Source: Veleropilina oligotropha
Lineage: Eukaryota
Assembly (NCBI GenBank): GCA_048128005.1
Contig: JBEUKZ010000129.1
Span: 62,001 to 126,000 of the forward strand
Reading direction: 5' to 3'
DNA length: 64,000 nt
Both the position numbers and the translations under genes were made by a program. Shown here piece by piece: positions 28,801 to 40,380 of this stretch (positions are counted from its first letter, which is position 1; each line of letters starts with the position of its first letter). The notes under the pieces were generated by a model that saw nothing but the letters and a program-made list of their open reading frames with translations, was not told the origin of the DNA and ran no database searches.

Positions 28801-31800
28801 GTCTGTCTATTTGTTTGCTTGTCTGTCTTTTTGTCTGTCTGTCCGCGAGAATATCTTAACAACCATTGATCCGATTTACTAAATTTTTTAACACGATATG
28901 GGGTCCACCCTACACTCGGTCCTACTGAATATAATCCGAATCTGACTGCGGATCCGGATTTTATTGCGCAATTTCCATCGTAGACTCAGACCTCATAAAT
29001 GATTTCTGACTCACCATCGTATTCCCTGCTATGGCTACCAGGGCGAATTGCCTTGTTGATTATTTTAACATGCACAATTTGAACAAGGGAACATAATACA
29101 TCCAACAACCACTACAAGATATCTATGATTAATGCGCTTTTTATCCCTGCGGCATCCGGAGGAAAAAGCCGAAGGGGGATATAGGGATAGCCTCCATCCG
29201 TCCGGTCACACTTTTGGCTAATGGTTTTGGATGAGATATTACATGCATTTAATGGATGAATAACTCAATCAAACCTATTCAGATGGAAAGTAGACATGTT
29301 TAGCCTTTAGTTGGACATTTTTCGGTTAAAGTTTTTCTATGAGTGTATATCGATTGCTCAAGGCATGTTTCGGCATATATAATAATAAATCCTTTATTTA
29401 TTGAGGGAGATCAGTTAGCATAAAAATGCCAATCTTCCATGAGTCCCTCGCTATCTAGACAAATATACAATCAAATAATAAATAAAGAAAAATATAATAT
29501 GAACACATCTAAATAATATAAAAATTAACTACTGTAAGAAATGAAAACGATGCATTCATTCTTGTGTGAGTGAAAGCGTAAATCTTCTCTTGAGTCCCAG
29601 TTACAAAAATATATATATAATGGTTATATGGATGTGACCTGATACTCTGTCAATGATTTACATTATAATTTTATATAAATAATGAATGAAATTGGTGTTT
29701 TGCGACAGAAATGTTAGTTAAAAGTTTTTGGTTCATTTTTTTCAAGGAGTGCTATAATATAGATTGCTCATTGCACTTTTTTGCATACATATGCTTTGTT
29801 GGTGGCTATATTGATGCTACCTGCTAGCCTGACAGGGATATTGAACAAAATTTGATATAAATAATTTGTGAAATTGGTGTTTTTTATATAGACATTTTAG
29901 TTAAATGTTTTAGGTTAAAGTTTTTTGATGATTGCATATAGGTTTAATAAGGCACTTTTTTAATGCATATTAAATAGATTAAATATAATTTTTTGGGGTT
30001 TAGAAAGCTCATTACTGTCACTCATATAACAAGAGCCCGTTAGAAAACGGATTCATCCCCCCCCCCCCCCCCGCTTTCCGCAATCACTCTGATATAAATT
30101 TTAACCAAATATCTACGTCCAAACACATCAAGTTTCTTCAATATTTATACAAAATTATGTTCAATATCATTGCTAGAGTAAAAGGTGTTATCAATATAAG
30201 CATCACCAAAGAATATATATTATGTAATAATGGAACAGAATGGAAATTCACCTAACTTTACCAAAAATGTATATGTTCACAAACACTAATTTAATATGTT
30301 ATTTATATTATAAATCACTTGCAGATGAGGGAGCATCATCAATATAGTCAACACTAAAGTATATGGGTGTAAAACAGTGCCTATAACAACCCATATGCCC
30401 ATAGGAAAATTTACACAAAACTTTTAACCAAAATTTATATGTCCACAAACACCTATTTTTGTTCAATAATTATATTAAATTTAATTCACCATCACTTCCA
30501 TAGTATCAGTTGACATTCAGATTATCAATACCAAAGCATATATACACCAATATGTTGTTGCAACAACCCATATACACTCAATGAAAACTTTAACCAAAAT
30601 TTCTATGTCCACAAACAACTATTTTTATGCAATAATTATATTAAATTTAATTCAGCATCACTTCCATAGTATCAGTTGACGTTCATATTAGCAATACCAA
30701 AGCATATATACACCAAAATGTTGTTTCAACAAAACATATACACTCAATGAAAAACTTGAACCAAAATTTCTATGTTCAAAAACACGTACATTTATGCAAT
30801 AATTATATTAAATTTTATTCAATCTCACTTCCAGTGTACCAGGTGTCATCCATATAATGCCTACAAACATGACAAAAGCATATATATGCCAAAAAGTATC
30901 ATGGGCAAGCTATATACACTCAATTCGAAACTTTAACCAAATTGTTTACGGACGGACATGGCAACAACAATATCCCCCGCTACATTCGGGCGGGGGATAA
31001 AAACCCATTGAAATTGTCTTATCCTCTATTATAACCTGCCCTGCTTCTTAAAATGCTCATCTAGGCGATTTTAAATTGGTTTACAGATATCGATTCCACT
31101 ACATTATTAGGAAGAGCATTCCATTCATCGACGACCCGATTTGAGAAAAAGTGTTTTCTAATGTCAAGTCGGAATCGCTTTTTGTAAATCTTGTATTGAT
31201 GCCCCCTGGTATGTCTTTGGTTCATCTGAAAAAAGAAACAATTGTCAACATTGTCTTTTCCTGTTTTAAAACATTTTAAACACCTGAATCATATCACCTC
31301 TTATCCTTCTCAAAGATAATGTTGTGAGGTTCAGTGCTCTTAGTCTGTCCTCATATGGTAATTCCCTTAATTCTTCTATCAATTTTGTGGCTCTTCTTTG
31401 AACTTGTTCTAGAATATTGATATCCTTTGAAAGATATGGACACCATGCTTGCACTGCATATTCTAAATGTGGTCTAAGCATTTGCTTGTATAGGCGAGTT
31501 ATGACGGCTTTGGATTTAAAATTAAAGTTTCTCTTTATCATTCCCATTATTTGATTTCCCTTCTTGGCTGACTCTGAACATTGATTTGATGTTTTGAATG
31601 TCTTGTCTACCCATACACCCAAATCTTTTGCTTTGGCCACTTCTTGTAAAGTTTCTGAACCCATTTCATAATTATAGGTATTGTTGTTATAACCCACATG
31701 CATTACTTTACATTTACTGGTATTGAAAAGCATTTGCCAATCCTCAGACCATTTTATCACATTATTTAAGTCACTTTGAAGTTTCTTTGCATCTTCTTCA

Positions 31801-34800
31801 GTTTCGATAATTCTGTACAGTTTGGTATCGTCTGCAAACTTTTTTACTAGAGATGTAATGACATCATCAATATCATTTAAATATATGAGAAACAACAATG
31901 GTCCCAAAACAGAACCTTGTGGGACTCCACTTAGTACCGGTTCCCACTTTGACTTTATCCCATTTGTTACAACCCTCTGTTTTTTATTTTCTAGGCACTT
32001 ACATATCCAATTTAGTATTGGGCCTTTAATGCCATGGTTACTTAATTTTTGTAATAGTCGACTATGTGGTACTTTATCGAATGCTTTCTGAAAATCAAGA
32101 TATATAATATCAACTGGTTTGCCCATGTCAATTGCACTTGTTACATCTTCAAAAAATTCCAGTAAGTTTGTTAAACAAGATCTTTTCTCCATAAATCCAT
32201 TAAGATAGATTCCATTATTTTACTTACTAACTATTGATGTCAGACTAATAGGTCAATAATTTTGGGTATTTGATAGACTACCCTTTTAAAAGATTGAGGT
32301 AATATTTCCAGTCATCAGGATAGCTACCTTCTTGTAGAGTTTTATTGAATATCAGGGCTAATGGCTTTGCTAATTCATCCTTACCGTATCTTAGCAATTT
32401 GGGATATATGTTGTCAGGACATGGAGCTTTACTGACATTTAGTAAGCTTATCTTTTTTTCAACCATTTCCGTAGTAATTTCAATACTTTCACAAAAATGT
32501 TCATGATCTTCATAATTATGTTTTACTGGTGGAACGTTTACAGTGTCCTCAAGCGTAGAAACAGATGCAAAATATTTGTTTAGGGATTCTGAAATTTGTG
32601 CATCATCGGATATAACGTTTCCATGTTCATCGTTCAGGGGACCTACGACATCTTTTGTTTTTTGTTTTGACCTAATATAAGCATAAAAAGATTTGGGATT
32701 TTCCTTGATGTTTTCTGCTAGCTTTTCTTCAAAAGCTTTTTTGGCTGCTCGGATTTCTTTTTTACTTTCTTTCTCACATTCTTTATATTTTATGTGCTCA
32801 TCGTTGTCGTGTGACTCTCTGTATCGTTTCCAACGTATACTTTGGTGTTGGCCATATTGACACTACCTGCTATCCTGGAAGTGATATTTAATAAAATTTA
32901 AAATAAATAATTGCTGTTTTTTTTACATAGAAATTTAGTAAACATTTTCGGTTCAAGTTTTTCAAATAGCGCATATTGATTTATCAAGGCATGTTATTGC
33001 AAACATATGCATTGGTGTGTGCTTCATAGTTGTTACCTGCTATTCTGACAGTTATATTGATTATAATTTAATTTAAATATTCTGTGAAATTTTTGTTCAA
33101 GTTTCTGGGGGTTTTCAGTGAGACTGAGTGCATATGGATTGGCTCCGTAATACTACAAGCTGCTCTGGCAGTGATGTTGCATTCAATTTAACACAAACTG
33201 TAAAATTTGTGTATTTGGACATCCTTCCAAACATTGTACTAAATCTACTTCTTTCATATACTGTAAAGCATTGTATTATTGCGATTGGTGAAATACAAAA
33301 ATAATGCGACATGATATTATTGCATTTTCATCCCTGTAAGGGGGTAAAAATGTATTGTCTAATATTTTTATCCCCCCGGCATTAAATGCGGGGGGATATA
33401 GTCATCAGCATGTCCGTCCGTCCGTCCGTCCGCCCGTCCCTCCGTCCGTCCGTCTGTCCGTCCGTCTGTAATCATTTCGTTTCCGGAGCATATCTCATAA
33501 ACTGCTTTTCATATCTTTACGACACTTGGTGGGTGTATTATGGACATGGTGAACTGGTGCCTTTTGCCAGTTTCGACGTTGAGCGGCGATTATTAACAGA
33601 GTTATTTCCCTTGTTGTAAATTCTAATTGATATAGTTTCCGGAGCATATCTCATACACCGCTCGACATAACTTTACGAAACTTGCTGGGTGTATTAAGTA
33701 GTCGGTGAACTGGTGCCTTTTGCCAGTTTCGCCGTTGTGCGGCGATTATTAACAGAGTTATTGCCCTTGTTGTAAATTCTAATCGATCTCTTTTCCAGAG
33801 CATATCTCATATACCGCTCGATATAACTTTACGAAACTTGCTGGATATATTAAGTAGTCGGTAAACTGGTGCCTTTTGCAAGTTTTGACGCTGAAACCTG
33901 TCCAGTTAAGACATGCTTAGTTACTGATGACTATGATTTCCTTGCCGCATCTTCTGTGTGAGACATCTGTGCACCGGGGGGATATGTCATCTTCTGATGG
34001 CTCTTGTTATAATATTACTATGCAATTTTCAGTCCATTGACCTTTTTACAAATAACTTAATAGTCGGGATTTCTGAGAAAATGGTTTAGCCACTAACGGT
34101 CCCTTGATTAACAATGCTGACGCTAATGATGGAGTAAGTCACCAGTGATCAAAAGTAGCCGGGAACTTCTGACAAAATTGTTTATTCAATTGATTAACAA
34201 CGCTGAACCTTTTAATGGGGTGATCACTCTGAACCTTTTAATGGGGTAAGTCACCAGTGATCAATGGTTGGATTAAGTAAACAGCTCATAGCTATGAATG
34301 CCGATGCAGGAAGCTGTCAAGTAGTAATCTCTAAAACAATCAACCAGTACACATCGAGTGCTAAACTGAGTAATCCTGACTATAGACGGTGAAATCGATA
34401 GTAAGAATAATTGTTCCATTATAACTGGACTTTCTGATTCATGTTCATAAACGTTTTTTATAAAGGATTTATTTTATTGTCTTGTTTTGTTTTATTCCCT
34501 TGCGCAATATGACTTACTAGTATTGTCTGACTACTCGACGTGTTCTGGCTTGCTAATATATGTTGCAATTATTATTAGTACCTTCTACAAATTATTAGAA
34601 CTAGAAAAATATTGCGACATGTTGTTATTGCGATCACAGGTCACTCGCAATAATATCATGTATGCAATAATTTCATGTTTTACAGTATTGACAAAATGCT
34701 TTGCCGCAGGGGTTCCCGCTGTATCGATAGCACAAGTTTGTTTTATGTTTTATGGTTATATTATTTTTATTTTTATGGTTAAATTATGTATTTCAGAAAT

Positions 34801-36111
34801 TCATCCTTTTTTAAATGTAAAAAAGCCACAGGATAAATCTCAGCACAAAAAATCCAATCGTTTAAAACAAAGGCAGTCGTCGAGAAGTGAGAAATCCAAA
34901 AGTCGTGACCGGTCCAGAGGGCACGATCGATCTGATCCCAGCTGGGGACTCAAAGAAAACACAGGTAATGACTGGAACCTTGTGTTAATCTGTGTCTGTT
35001 TACCCTGAAGTAAGTTTTAAAAACCAGTTTTGAAAACCCTGGATAAGCTATCAACTGGATTAAGCTGGCCTATCCAGTGGATAAAATTTCATCCAGTGGA
35101 CAGTCTCTTGTTCAAAGTTTTTACCATTATCCACTGGATAGTAACTAAAGGTAACTGATGCAGGTAACTATTTTAATATCAAGATATGACATTTTATTAC
35201 TGAAATGACATGCAATCAGCATAATGGTAATTGCAAATGTAATATTTTAGAAATTTATTATAAAGTACATGCATTACTTATATATTGGTTACTAATGACA
35301 ACAAAACAAAATGTATGCAATGACTGTTATTAATGTTATAAAATATGTTTATCACTTTATAGTGTATAAACGTTCACCCAACTATAAAATTTAATCTAGT
35401 TATTTTTTAGACCAATTGATCAATGTTGTGGCTACATGGCCTGTTGCGACACATAGCAGTGAGATTAAAAGGTGCATTTTGGGATAGTTGCCTTTGGTAG
35501 CGTAATGTTATCCAGTGGATAGCAATCCTGTGGATAAATGTGCTTTGCACAACCGCGGATAAACTGGTGGATGGCTATCCACTGGATAGTGATTTTATCC
35601 AATGGACATGATGGATAGGCTTATCCTGTGGATGGCTTATCCAGCTATAGGGTTTTGAACTACTGGGTCCAGATGTTCACATTATGTCATCGGTTATCCA
35701 GATATAAAATTTTATAAGAAATTCCTAATAAAATTAGGCTGTTAGATTGTTTTGAAAATGTTTATTTCAATATTCTATCAAGTGAGTGAATTGAGAGCAC
35801 TCAGCCTTATCCACACGGCTACCGATGCCACCCCATACAGTGAGAGCACTCGGCCTTATCCACATGGCTACCGATGCCACCCCATACAGTGAGAGCACTC
35901 GGCCTTATCCACATGGCTACCGATGCCACCCAATACAGTGAGAGCACTCAGCCTTATATACACGGCTACCGATGCCACCCAATACAGTTAGGAAATGCAT
36001 GCACCATTAATATTATAATAGTATATGAATGGTGCAATATATATTTGTATATATTAAAATATTTCATGTTTTGTTATTCCAGAAACTGCATCCACGGAGG
36101 AGACTACATGA
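1791..36111 (+). CDS. RBBP5: Retinoblastoma-binding protein 5 (COMPASS/MLL WD40 subunit), 16 coding exons, 524 aa
   Basis: Exons 1791-1809, 7331-7356, 8372-8544, 9106-9246, 9569-9656, 11360-11431, 12184-12293, 12539-12658, 22503-22656, 23196-23267, 24800-24917, 27209-27275, 27696-27792, 28403-28523, 34797-34964, 36083-36111. All introns are GT-AG and phases are consistent (1575 nt). Translation [15 protein letters not shown]...[15 protein letters not shown]...[14 protein letters not shown]...[27 protein letters not shown] is the RBBP5 signature. Confidence 0.96.
4066..5843 (+). mobile_element. HINE/Pearl-like non-autonomous element, family A copy 1, with a nested TIR element
   Basis: Starts TTTTATCCCC with a hairpin and CTGT/CCGT microsatellite, has internal tandem repeats, ends GGGGATACGTCATCTTCTGATGGCTCTTGT; same family as 23538 and 33365. 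Confidence 0.75.
5024..5820. mobile_element. hAT-like MITE with 14-bp TIR and 6-bp TSD
   Basis: TIR CAGGGTTTAAGCTG / CAGCTTAAACCCTG; GTCATC duplicated at 5018-5023 and 5821-5826; empty site visible in the paralogous copy near 24755. Confidence 0.8.
6265..7250 (-). mobile_element. Mutator (MULE)-like element remnant with foldback subterminal repeats
   Basis: GGTAAAAATGGC repeats on the left, GCCATTTTTACC repeats on the right; minus strand ~6750-6930 reads YFDNVY...[25 protein letters not shown], resembling the MULE RTNNxxEGW motif. Confidence 0.6.
7331..7356 (+). CDS. RBBP5: RBBP5 exon 2
   Basis: [12 protein letters not shown] flanked. Confidence 0.92.
7578..8331 (+). mobile_element. HINE-like element, family B
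   Basis: TTTTATCCCC hairpin plus CCGT microsatellite, ends ACGGGCTCTTGT; inverted homolog at 30030-31002. Confidence 0.7.
8372..8544 (+). CDS. RBBP5: RBBP5 exon 3
   Basis: [38 protein letters not shown]. Confidence 0.95.
9106..9246 (+). CDS. RBBP5: RBBP5 exon 4
   Basis: [22 protein letters not shown]. Confidence 0.95.
9569..9656 (+). CDS. RBBP5: RBBP5 exon 5
   Basis: [11 protein letters not shown]...PLDDE. Confidence 0.93.
9705..10275 (+). mobile_element. tRNA-derived SINE with an internal 43-bp tandem amplification (~8 copies, 9747-10090)
   Basis: B-box-like GGTTCGAAT, central GGGTTTCCCCCGGG motif; 3' part is shared with 27473-27612. Confidence 0.6.
10519..10910 (+). mobile_element. Truncated HINE-like element
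   Basis: TTATACCCCC hairpin, CCGT motif, duplicated internal unit. Confidence 0.5.
11360..11431 (+). CDS. RBBP5: RBBP5 exon 6
   Basis: [24 protein letters not shown]. Confidence 0.95.
12184..12293 (+). CDS. RBBP5: RBBP5 exon 7
   Basis: ASFRVTTG...[12 protein letters not shown]. Confidence 0.95.
12539..12658 (+). CDS. RBBP5: RBBP5 exon 8
   Basis: [13 protein letters not shown]...[13 protein letters not shown]. Confidence 0.95.
13261..13468 (+). repeat. DIRS left inverted terminal repeat
   Basis: Near-perfect reverse complement of 20314-20521. Confidence 0.92.
14237..16450 (+). pseudogene. DIRS gag-like ORF1, disrupted
   Basis: Cys/His-rich N-terminus (MVRCNSGC...CELC) followed by Pro/Ser-rich fragments upstream of RT. 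Confidence 0.45.
16530..18400 (+). pseudogene. DIRS pol: reverse transcriptase, RNase H and methyltransferase-like domain, with frameshifts and stops
   Basis: [82 protein letters not shown]...YAFP; in-frame stops near 16835 and at 17441. Confidence 0.9.
18338..19330 (+). pseudogene. DIRS tyrosine recombinase, frameshifted
   Basis: [34 protein letters not shown] (HxxR). Confidence 0.8.
20164..20254. repeat. DIRS internal complementary region (ICR)
   Basis: Reverse complement of the left terminus joined to the reverse complement of the right terminus. Confidence 0.9.
20314..20552 (-). repeat. DIRS right inverted terminal repeat plus right extension
   Basis: Reverse complement of 13261-13468, followed by ~30 bp matched only in the ICR. 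Confidence 0.9.
21024..21790. repeat. 43-bp minisatellite (~18 copies; first copies at ~12690-12775)
   Basis: Unit GAGTGCACAACCTGGCCCACATGGCTGGGGGCTCTCGGGTTGT. Confidence 0.9.
22503..22656 (+). CDS. RBBP5: RBBP5 exon 9
   Basis: [49 protein letters not shown]. Confidence 0.96.
23196..23267 (+). CDS. RBBP5: RBBP5 exon 10
   Basis: [24 protein letters not shown]. Confidence 0.96.
23538..24777 (+). mobile_element. HINE-like element, family A copy 2
   Basis: Same ends and internal tandem units as 4066-5843. Confidence 0.75.
24800..24917 (+). CDS. RBBP5: RBBP5 exon 11
   Basis: [33 protein letters not shown]. Confidence 0.96.
25038..26040 (+). mobile_element. HINE-like element with a nested second-family copy (25312-25536); a sister of the nested copy lies at 26177-26558
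   Basis: TATCCCCGAAA hairpin, GCC microsatellite, internal repeats, 3' GGGGATAC and palindrome. Confidence 0.6.
26751..26951. repeat. Perfect 22-bp tandem repeat (~9 copies)
   Basis: GAAGATAAGAATACTGATACAT. Confidence 0.95.
27209..27275 (+). CDS. RBBP5: RBBP5 exon 12
   Basis: [20 protein letters not shown]. Confidence 0.93.
27696..27792 (+). CDS. RBBP5: RBBP5 exon 13
   Basis: [24 protein letters not shown]. Confidence 0.92.
28403..28523 (+). CDS. RBBP5: RBBP5 exon 14
   Basis: [19 protein letters not shown] (basic, NLS-like). Confidence 0.85.
30030..31002 (-). mobile_element. HINE-like element, family B, inverted copy
   Basis: Reverse-complement homolog of 7578-8331 with extra internal units. 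Confidence 0.7.
31003..32840 (-). mobile_element. 5'-truncated CR1-clade LINE (RT ORF 31266-32192)
   Basis: [60 protein letters not shown]; frameshifted. Confidence 0.9.
33365..34008 (+). mobile_element. HINE-like element, family A copy 3
   Basis: CCGT microsatellite, shared internal units and shared 3' end GTCATCTTCTGATGGCTCTTGT. Confidence 0.75.
34797..34964 (+). CDS. RBBP5: RBBP5 exon 15
   Basis: EIHPFLNVK followed by a basic tail; phase-consistent. Confidence 0.85.
35020..35672. mobile_element. MITE with ATCCAGTGGATA subterminal repeats
   Basis: Imperfect terminal inverted repeats (CCAGTTTTGAAAACCCT / AGGGTTTTGAACTACTGG) and repeated motifs near both ends. Confidence 0.55.
35793..35988. 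repeat. 49-bp tandem repeat (4 copies)
   Basis: GAGAGCACTCGGCCTTATCCACATGGCTACCGATGCCACCCCATACAGT. Confidence 0.9.
36083..36111 (+). CDS. RBBP5: RBBP5 probable terminal coding exon 16
   Basis: Polypyrimidine-CAG acceptor, phase-compatible [13 protein letters not shown]; AATAAA at 36544. Confidence 0.6.
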
Positions 36112-36694
36112 AGTTGACGAGTACGGAAGATTTAGCTGCCACATGCGTTAGATACGACTCCTAAGAATTGTCATATTGAAGATATGTCTTGTCAGAACTA
36201 GAAATCAGAGACTCATATGAGAAAATGATGGTGTCAAGTCAGAACAGTAGCCTGATAAAGTTATGTTTCTGTGATTGTACATATTATACTGCTGAAGTAG
36301 TATTAACCAATTATTTTGACATAATTTAGATCACCTGTTACCATCCATTATTTGCTAACTTCTGTTGTTAGCCTTGATTTGCTTTGTGAACAGCAAAGCG
36401 TAATCATTATCAGTAGTTTTATGGCTCTGCTTACTGTATCGAGAATAACACTTCCGAATATGTGGACAATACAAATCGTAGTCATACTACTTTATTAGGT
36501 ATGAAAATTTTTGTGTGGATTTAGAGAACGCCTCTCTTATAAAAATAAATTGCATGCGTTGAACATGGATGAGAGATTCATTACATAATAGAAAGCCAAG
36601 GTTTTCACTTATCTCCTGCAATTATATAGACATGGCTGATGAGTACCTGAAGACTGTTATAAACAGGGTATTAAGCATCAATCCAAAGCAAACA

Positions 36695-38166
36695 TGCATC
36701 AATGTGGTGACCGGTACATTGACCATCAATGTGGTGACCGGTACATTGACCATTAATGTGGTGACCGGTGCATTGATCTGCTGACCGATACATTGACCAT
36801 CAATGTGGTGACTGGTACATTGACCATCAATGTGGTGACCGGTACATTGACCATGAATGTGGTGACCGGTACATTGATCTGCTGACCGATACATTGACCG
36901 TCAATGTGGTGACTGGTACATTGATCTGCTGACCGGTATATTGACCATCAATGTGGTGACCGGTACATTGATCTGCTGACCGATACATTGACCATCAATG
37001 TGGTGACTGGTACATTGATCTGCTGACCGGTACATTGACCATCAATGTGGTGACCGGTACATTGATCTGCTGACCGGTACATTGATCTGATGACTGGTAC
37101 ATTGATCTGCTGACCAGTACATTGATCTGCTGACCAATACATTGACCATCAATGTGGTGACCGGTACATTGATCTGCTGACCGGTACATTGATCTGATGA
37201 CTGGTACATTGATCTGCTGACCAGTACATTGATCTGCTGACCAATACATTGGCCGTCAATGTGGTGACCGGTACATTGATCTGCTGACCAGTACATTGAT
37301 CTGCTGACCGGTACATTGATCTGATGACTGGTACATTGATCTGCTGACCAGTACATTGATCTGCTGACCGATACATTGACCATCAATGTGGTGACCGGTA
37401 CATTGATCTGCTGACCAGTACATTGATCTGGTGACCAGTACATTGATCTGCTGACCAGTACATTGATCTGGTGACCGGTACATTGATCTGCTGACCGATA
37501 CATTGACCGTCAATGTGGTGACCAGTACATTGATCTGCTGACCAGTACATTGATCTGGTGACCGGTACATTGATCTGCTGACCAGTACATTGATCTGCTG
37601 ACCGATACATTGACCATCAATGTGGTGACCGGTACACTGATCTGCTGACCAGTACATTGATCTGTTGACTGGTACATTGACCATCAATGTGGTGACGGGT
37701 ACATTGACCATTAATGTGGTGACTGGTACATTGATCTGCTGACCGGTACATTGACCATCAATGTGGTGACCGGTACATTGATCTGCTGACCAGTACATTG
37801 ATCTGGTGACCGGTACATTGATCTGCTGACTGGTACATTGACCATCAATGTGGTGACCGGTACATTGATCTGCTGACTGGTACATTGACCATCAATGTGG
37901 TGACCGGTACATTGATCTGCTGACCGGTACATTGACCATGAATGGGGTGACCGGTACATTGATCTGCTGACCGGTACATTGACCATCAATGTGCTGATCG
38001 GTACATTGACCATCAATGTGGTGACTGGTACATTGACCATCAATTTGGTGACTGGTAGTGGTACATTGACCATCAATGTGGTGACTGGTACATTGATCTG
38101 CTGACCAATACATTGACCATCAATGTGATGACCGGTACATTGATCTGCTGGCCGGTACATTGATCT
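36695..38166. repeat. Compound minisatellite of interspersed 20-bp and 27-bp related units
   Basis: GTACATTGATCTGCTGACCG and GTACATTGACCATCAATGTGGTGACCG. Confidence 0.92.
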
Positions 38167-38989
38167 ATTTGCCTGTTGACGAAAACAATATTTGCATGAT
38201 GGAGGCAGTCAAGATATTATAACTTTAAGATCTATTTATACTGTACATGCAGAATCAATAATTTAGCACATGTTCCATCTGATAATCAATCATAAATGTA
38301 AAAAGGCCATCACGTCTAGTGTCACAGATTTTAGGTGACCATATTTTGTAGGTTATCGTGTACACACTCTTTCATAAACATACACCTCTATTATCTGTAA
38401 ACATGGCGACAAGTAGTTTTTATGTCTTTCCTAAATGCTGCGATGAAATTTTACCTGGTATATGACTATTTTGTGAAATAACATGTAAAACATTTTGTAC
38501 ATATGCATTATTTAGATTGTCATATCTTGATTCATTGGTGGAAATAATTAAGAGTGTGGTTATACAAAATATGTTGATTTTCGAAGATGGCTCTCAATAT
38601 CCAGTCTAGGCAGGTGAGATTACCCAGTCCATTTATAATGTATAATATATCCATGCAATAACAGAGATATGCTTGCAAAGTGGCAATTTATATATTGCAC
38701 TGGTAGATAAAGACTAGGTTGATCACCTCATAACATGTGATTGCTTGATGCATATTTGACCCCAAATATTTAATTAAAGCAATCATCACAGACAGGTTGG
38801 AGAGTTGTAGTGTTTCAGAAATTAATCCTTTGCTGTGTACAAACTTGTTAACTAGAACTCGATGATGAGAAAATTTACTTTAGTATATTGGCTCCAGAAA
38901 TAACATACGTAGTGTTTGATTAGAATAACTGAAATAAACTAGCGCGATTTTGTCAGAAACTTGAAAGCTTACTTTGACAACACAAATGA

Positions 38990-40380
38990 TAATTTGATTG
39001 GAAGATGGCCCATGTCGTTCCAGTTTTCAAAAAGGATGACAAATCTTCGGCTGCCAACTACAGGCATGTCTCTAACCACTATATGTTCTAAGCCAGCCGA
39101 AAATATCTTTCATAGTTCAATCATGACCCACCTTGACCACAATTGCATATTAGCTAACGCACAGCATGGATTCCGACGAAAGAGGTGTTGTGAAACGCAG
39201 CCGACTCTGACTATTCATGAGCTAGACAAGAAACTGGATGCGGGCTACCAAATACACATGGTGTTGTTAGACTTCTGTAAGGCTTTTGAAAAAGTGCCCC
39301 ATCAACGCCTCCTCTAAGATTCACCACTACAGAATCAGCGGAAACAAGTGAATCAAAGACTGGAAAGTAAGAAGCAACAAGTAATCGTTGAATTGAAAAT
39401 ACCGTCTGAAGCAGATGTCAAATCTGAAGTTCCCCAAAGAACGGTATTCGCCCCCCCTTCTCCATTCCTAATCTACATAAATGGTCTTCTCGAAGTGGTT
39501 CAACTTCAAGTACTCCTCTTTGCTGATGACTGCATATTGTTTCGTATCATTAAATACAGTAGTGACAACACCCTTCTACAATGATACATTTATGCCATAC
39601 ACATGTGAGAGTGCACATGGCCTTCAATCTCGATAAATGCTTAACAATGCACATATTCAGAAAGAGAAATCCAAATATCAATATAATTTAAATGGAATCA
39701 GTTGCCAGTATATATTTGAGTGTCACATTCAGCAATGACTTGTCCTGAAAACAACACATGAACCAAACCGCGGCTAAAGCTAATAGGGTTCCTAAGATGA
39801 CACCTCAGATCCTGTCCAGAAGACGTGTGATCGCGAGCCTACATCAACCCTAGTACGAACGCTTTTGCGTGATGGGATCCATTCCATCAGCGGCAAATCA
39901 ACATTCTGGAAATGATGCAAAGGCAGGCGGCAAGTTTGTCATAAATTACTACCGATCCAGGGACCTGTAACGACAACGATCCACCAAATAAATTGGAGCA
40001 GAGACATTGCCGTGCAAGGCCAGAGGACCCTGACAGGCAACATCGGACAGGACTAACGCGTTCCTACTGAGTTTTGCTTTACCAAGGACCATTGCATTGG
40101 AGTTTACTATTCCAAATGATGTCAGGACCCTACGAACCGCTCTGTCATTTAAATCGACCCTATACCATCCAGCTGCCTTTTGACAGGCAACGGGCTCAGC
40201 AGAAGTCTCACCCGCAAGTAGCTCGAGAACAATCGCTTTTATCTTATATCTTGAAAACACAAAAATCAACGTTGTTAACCATTTCAAGTTTGTACTGGTG
40301 GGTCGAGACATGCATACTTCATGTCGCTCGAATATTTACACTCTGCACATAGGCCGTTCCTGTCAAGGAAGAAGATGATG
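38990..40380 (+). mobile_element. Degenerate 5'-truncated non-LTR retrotransposon (possibly RTE-X-like)
   Basis: QHGFRRKRCCETQ, LDFCKAFEKVPHQRL, LLFADDC; many stops; GAA-rich tail near 40368. Confidence 0.75.

Noticed and set aside
34487..35008. Stand-alone 173-aa ORF
   Set aside because: Only 34797-34964 is coding (RBBP5 exon 15); the rest is open intronic frame
36695..38166. Possible CRISPR-like array or repeat-protein ORFs
   Set aside because: No unique spacers and no cas genes; the ORFs are translations of a minisatellite. The same applies to the arrays at 9747, 21024 and 26751.
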